This document shows positions 62,206 through 64,000 of a DNA stretch of 64,000 nucleotides, in pieces. The position numbers were made by a program, and so were the translations under genes. Below the pieces are notes generated by a model. The model worked only from the letters and a program-made list of their open reading frames with translations. It did no database searches and was not told the origin of the DNA. Each line of letters begins with the position of its first letter. Position 1 is the stretch's first letter. This DNA comes from an uncultured delta proteobacterium. GTDB lineage: Bacteria; Desulfobacterota; Desulfuromonadia; Desulfuromonadales; BM103. Where the stretch lies: contig CAVQRZ010000014.1 in NCBI GenBank assembly GCA_963715335.1, forward strand, positions 160,001-224,000. The letters run 5' to 3'.

Positions 62206-63399
62206 CTAGATACGCCGCTTGACCCTGATGGCAATTGTGCCGACCCCCAAAAAGGCAACGCCCATCAGAACGAGTGTGACCGGCCAGCCTAACGAATTCG
62301 CGAAGTGCTCTGCAGAGAAATAGCCGATGAAGCCGAGCATCGCGATGACAGTCGTCAACAAGAGTGCCCGGCTTTGCAGCACGACACAGGCGTAGAGAAT
62401 CGCGGCTGTGACGGCAAGGTAGAGCAGTTCGAAGGGCGTGTCCTGCACAAGATCGAACAAGCCGCTGTAGAAGAGGATCGAGCCAATGCAATAGCCAAGG
62501 CCTGCCAGGCGATCATGCCGCACCTCCTTGTGCAGGCCGTACGCGGTCAACATCACGCACACCCCTGTCATCACGCTCGCCCAGTTGGCGGACGTGACCA
62601 GCGCCATCTGGTCGAACAAGCCGGCGTTGAGCCAGCAGACCCCGATGAACAGTGCTGGCTCGGCGAGCACGCGGTGAGGGGTGTCTCCCAGGGCAACACC
62701 GACCAGGAACAGGGAGGCGCCGAGCGCTATCGCGATATACGTGACCGGTATGCCGAGCATGTCCAGGCCGACATGCATGAAGCCATAGACGAAAAAGAGT
62801 GCCGTGAAGGCCAGCACGGTGACCCTGTATTTAGCGAGCAAGACGCCCTGGTGCAGGGTCATCATGCCGAAGACGAAGAGCGTCGCGGCCCGCCAGTTGT
62901 CGCCGTGCGGAAACACCTCGTGGATGAGGACGAACCAGCCGCTGGCCATCATCAACGCACAGGCGATCGTCAGCGGCAGGATCAGCCTGGGGAATTTTTT
63001 TTCATGGAGCGCGGACACCAGCACGATCAGGAGAACGTAGCCGACGCCCAGGGTCACGAACACCCGCATCACGCTGCCCATGCTGTCCCAGAACATGCCG
63101 ATGTAGGTGCCGACGCCGGCGAGAATAAAAATCGCCCCGAGATAGGAAAAGAGGGTCTTGGCGATATCGCTTTTGCTCCGCCTTGTCGCTGCGGCGTCGA
63201 TGGCGGCAGGCGTATGCAGCGCGTTTTCGACTTCGGCGAGCGTGATGCCGTACGTCTTCATCAGCTGCGCGATCTGCCTGAGTGCGCTGGATTTGTCGGT
63301 GACGGCCGACAGGCCAAGGACCCCGGCCATCAACGGCCAGCCCCATATGCCGCCGCCGATCAACAGCAATATGATGATCAGAACCGATAGCGCAATCAT
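62206..63399 (-). CDS. DUF2157-like multi-pass membrane protein
   Basis: LFSYLGAIFILAGVGTYIGMFWDSM segment followed by about 10 TM helices. Confidence 0.72.
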   Translation of the reverse strand: MIALSVLIIILLLIGGGIWGWPLMAGVLGLSAVTDKSSALRQIAQLMKTYGITLAEVENALHTPAAIDAAATRRSKSDIAKTLFSYLGAIFILAGVGTYIGMFWDSMGSVMRVFVTLGVGYVLLIVLVSALHEKKFPRLILPLTIACALMMASGWFVLIHEVFPHGDNWRAATLFVFGMMTLHQGVLLAKYRVTVLAFTALFFVYGFMHVGLDMLGIPVTYIAIALGASLFLVGVALGDTPHRVLAEPALFIGVCWLNAGLFDQMALVTSANWASVMTGVCVMLTAYGLHKEVRHDRLAGLGYCIGSILFYSGLFDLVQDTPFELLYLAVTAAILYACVVLQSRALLLTTVIAMLGFIGYFSAEHFANSLGWPVTLVLMGVAFLGVGTIAIRVKRRI

Positions 63400-63998
63400 G
63401 ATGACACGACCCAGCCGATGAAGTGGGTGTTGCCGCTGTAGTAGCGATCCGCAACCTCGGGCAGGCGGACGCTGCGCCCGTTTTTCGTCAGCACCGCTTC
63501 ATGGCGATAGCGCGAGGAATAAAACAGCTCGCCGAAGATGTTGCCCGAATAGCGATTGCTGCCCAACCGGAATTCGTAGCCGTCGGGTGCGATGCTGGAC
63601 GAATCGACCGTCAGTCCTGCGAGGTCGGGGACGCTGAGGATGGTTGTTTTGAGGCCTTCCCCAGGCGCTTGCGGTGTTTGACCAGCCTGGGTCAGGCCGG
63701 ATGGGACGATGATGGCGATCTCTTGCACCGCCCCGGTTTTTGGGTTGTAGCGCCACAAGCGCGGTTTCTGGCTGGCCTGTTCGGTGCCCTGGTAGACAAC
63801 TTGCACCTTCCGGTCTACGACGGATACCTGCACACCGTTTTGGTAATTGTAATATCCGGTGGCGTAAAGCACGTCGTATTGCGGGGGATCGACCAGGAGA
63901 GTGGGTATCCCCGAAACCAGGAGAAAAACCACAACGAGTAAGAGTGGCAAGCCCAGGCCAAAAGCGATGGTGGGGTTGTCGCGGAGAAAAGATTTCAT
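63396..63998 (-). CDS. Hypothetical membrane-anchored protein coupled to the DUF2157-like gene
   Basis: N-terminal TM helix, PPQYDVLY and an ATGA overlap with the downstream gene. Confidence 0.7.
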   Translation of the reverse strand: MKSFLRDNPTIAFGLGLPLLLVVVFLLVSGIPTLLVDPPQYDVLYATGYYNYQNGVQVSVVDRKVQVVYQGTEQASQKPRLWRYNPKTGAVQEIAIIVPSGLTQAGQTPQAPGEGLKTTILSVPDLAGLTVDSSSIAPDGYEFRLGSNRYSGNIFGELFYSSRYRHEAVLTKNGRSVRLPEVADRYYSGNTHFIGWVVSS

Positions 63999-64000
63999 GC

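Overview
This 64 kb window is GC-rich bacterial chromosome. Gene content and order suggest a Desulfuromonadales/Geobacter-like organism (inference). Most of it is housekeeping: trpS, lon, polA, ffh-rpsP-khpA-rimM-trmD-rplS, rnhB-yraN-nadE-rsmI, ligA, an ActP acetate permease, and a dcw cluster from mraZ to ftsZ that lacks murB. Four things stand out. (1) At 2.3-9.5 kb is a six-gene cluster behind a sigma54 promoter: YceI lipid-binding protein, type III PKS, MMPL exporter, an unknown exported protein, a UbiE-like methyltransferase and a flavin monooxygenase. A kinase/NtrC pair sits directly upstream. The gene logic predicts an exported alkyl-(hydro)quinone or alkylresorcinol lipid. (2) A ~410 bp non-coding, hairpin-dense element occurs twice in opposite orientation (13451-13860, 40613-41025). 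It has structurally symmetric ends and one compensatory base pair between copies. (3) Homologous degenerate attC-like sites lie in two accessory patches 42 kb apart, with no integrase in the window; one is followed by a collapsed toxin-antitoxin pseudogene. (4) A 58-aa Cys-motif ORF is missing from the ORF track. Single-base frameshifts in the NtrC gene and trmD are probably sequencing errors; those in an outer-membrane channel gene are either errors or true decay. No rRNA, tRNA, CRISPR array, transposase or integrase was recognised.
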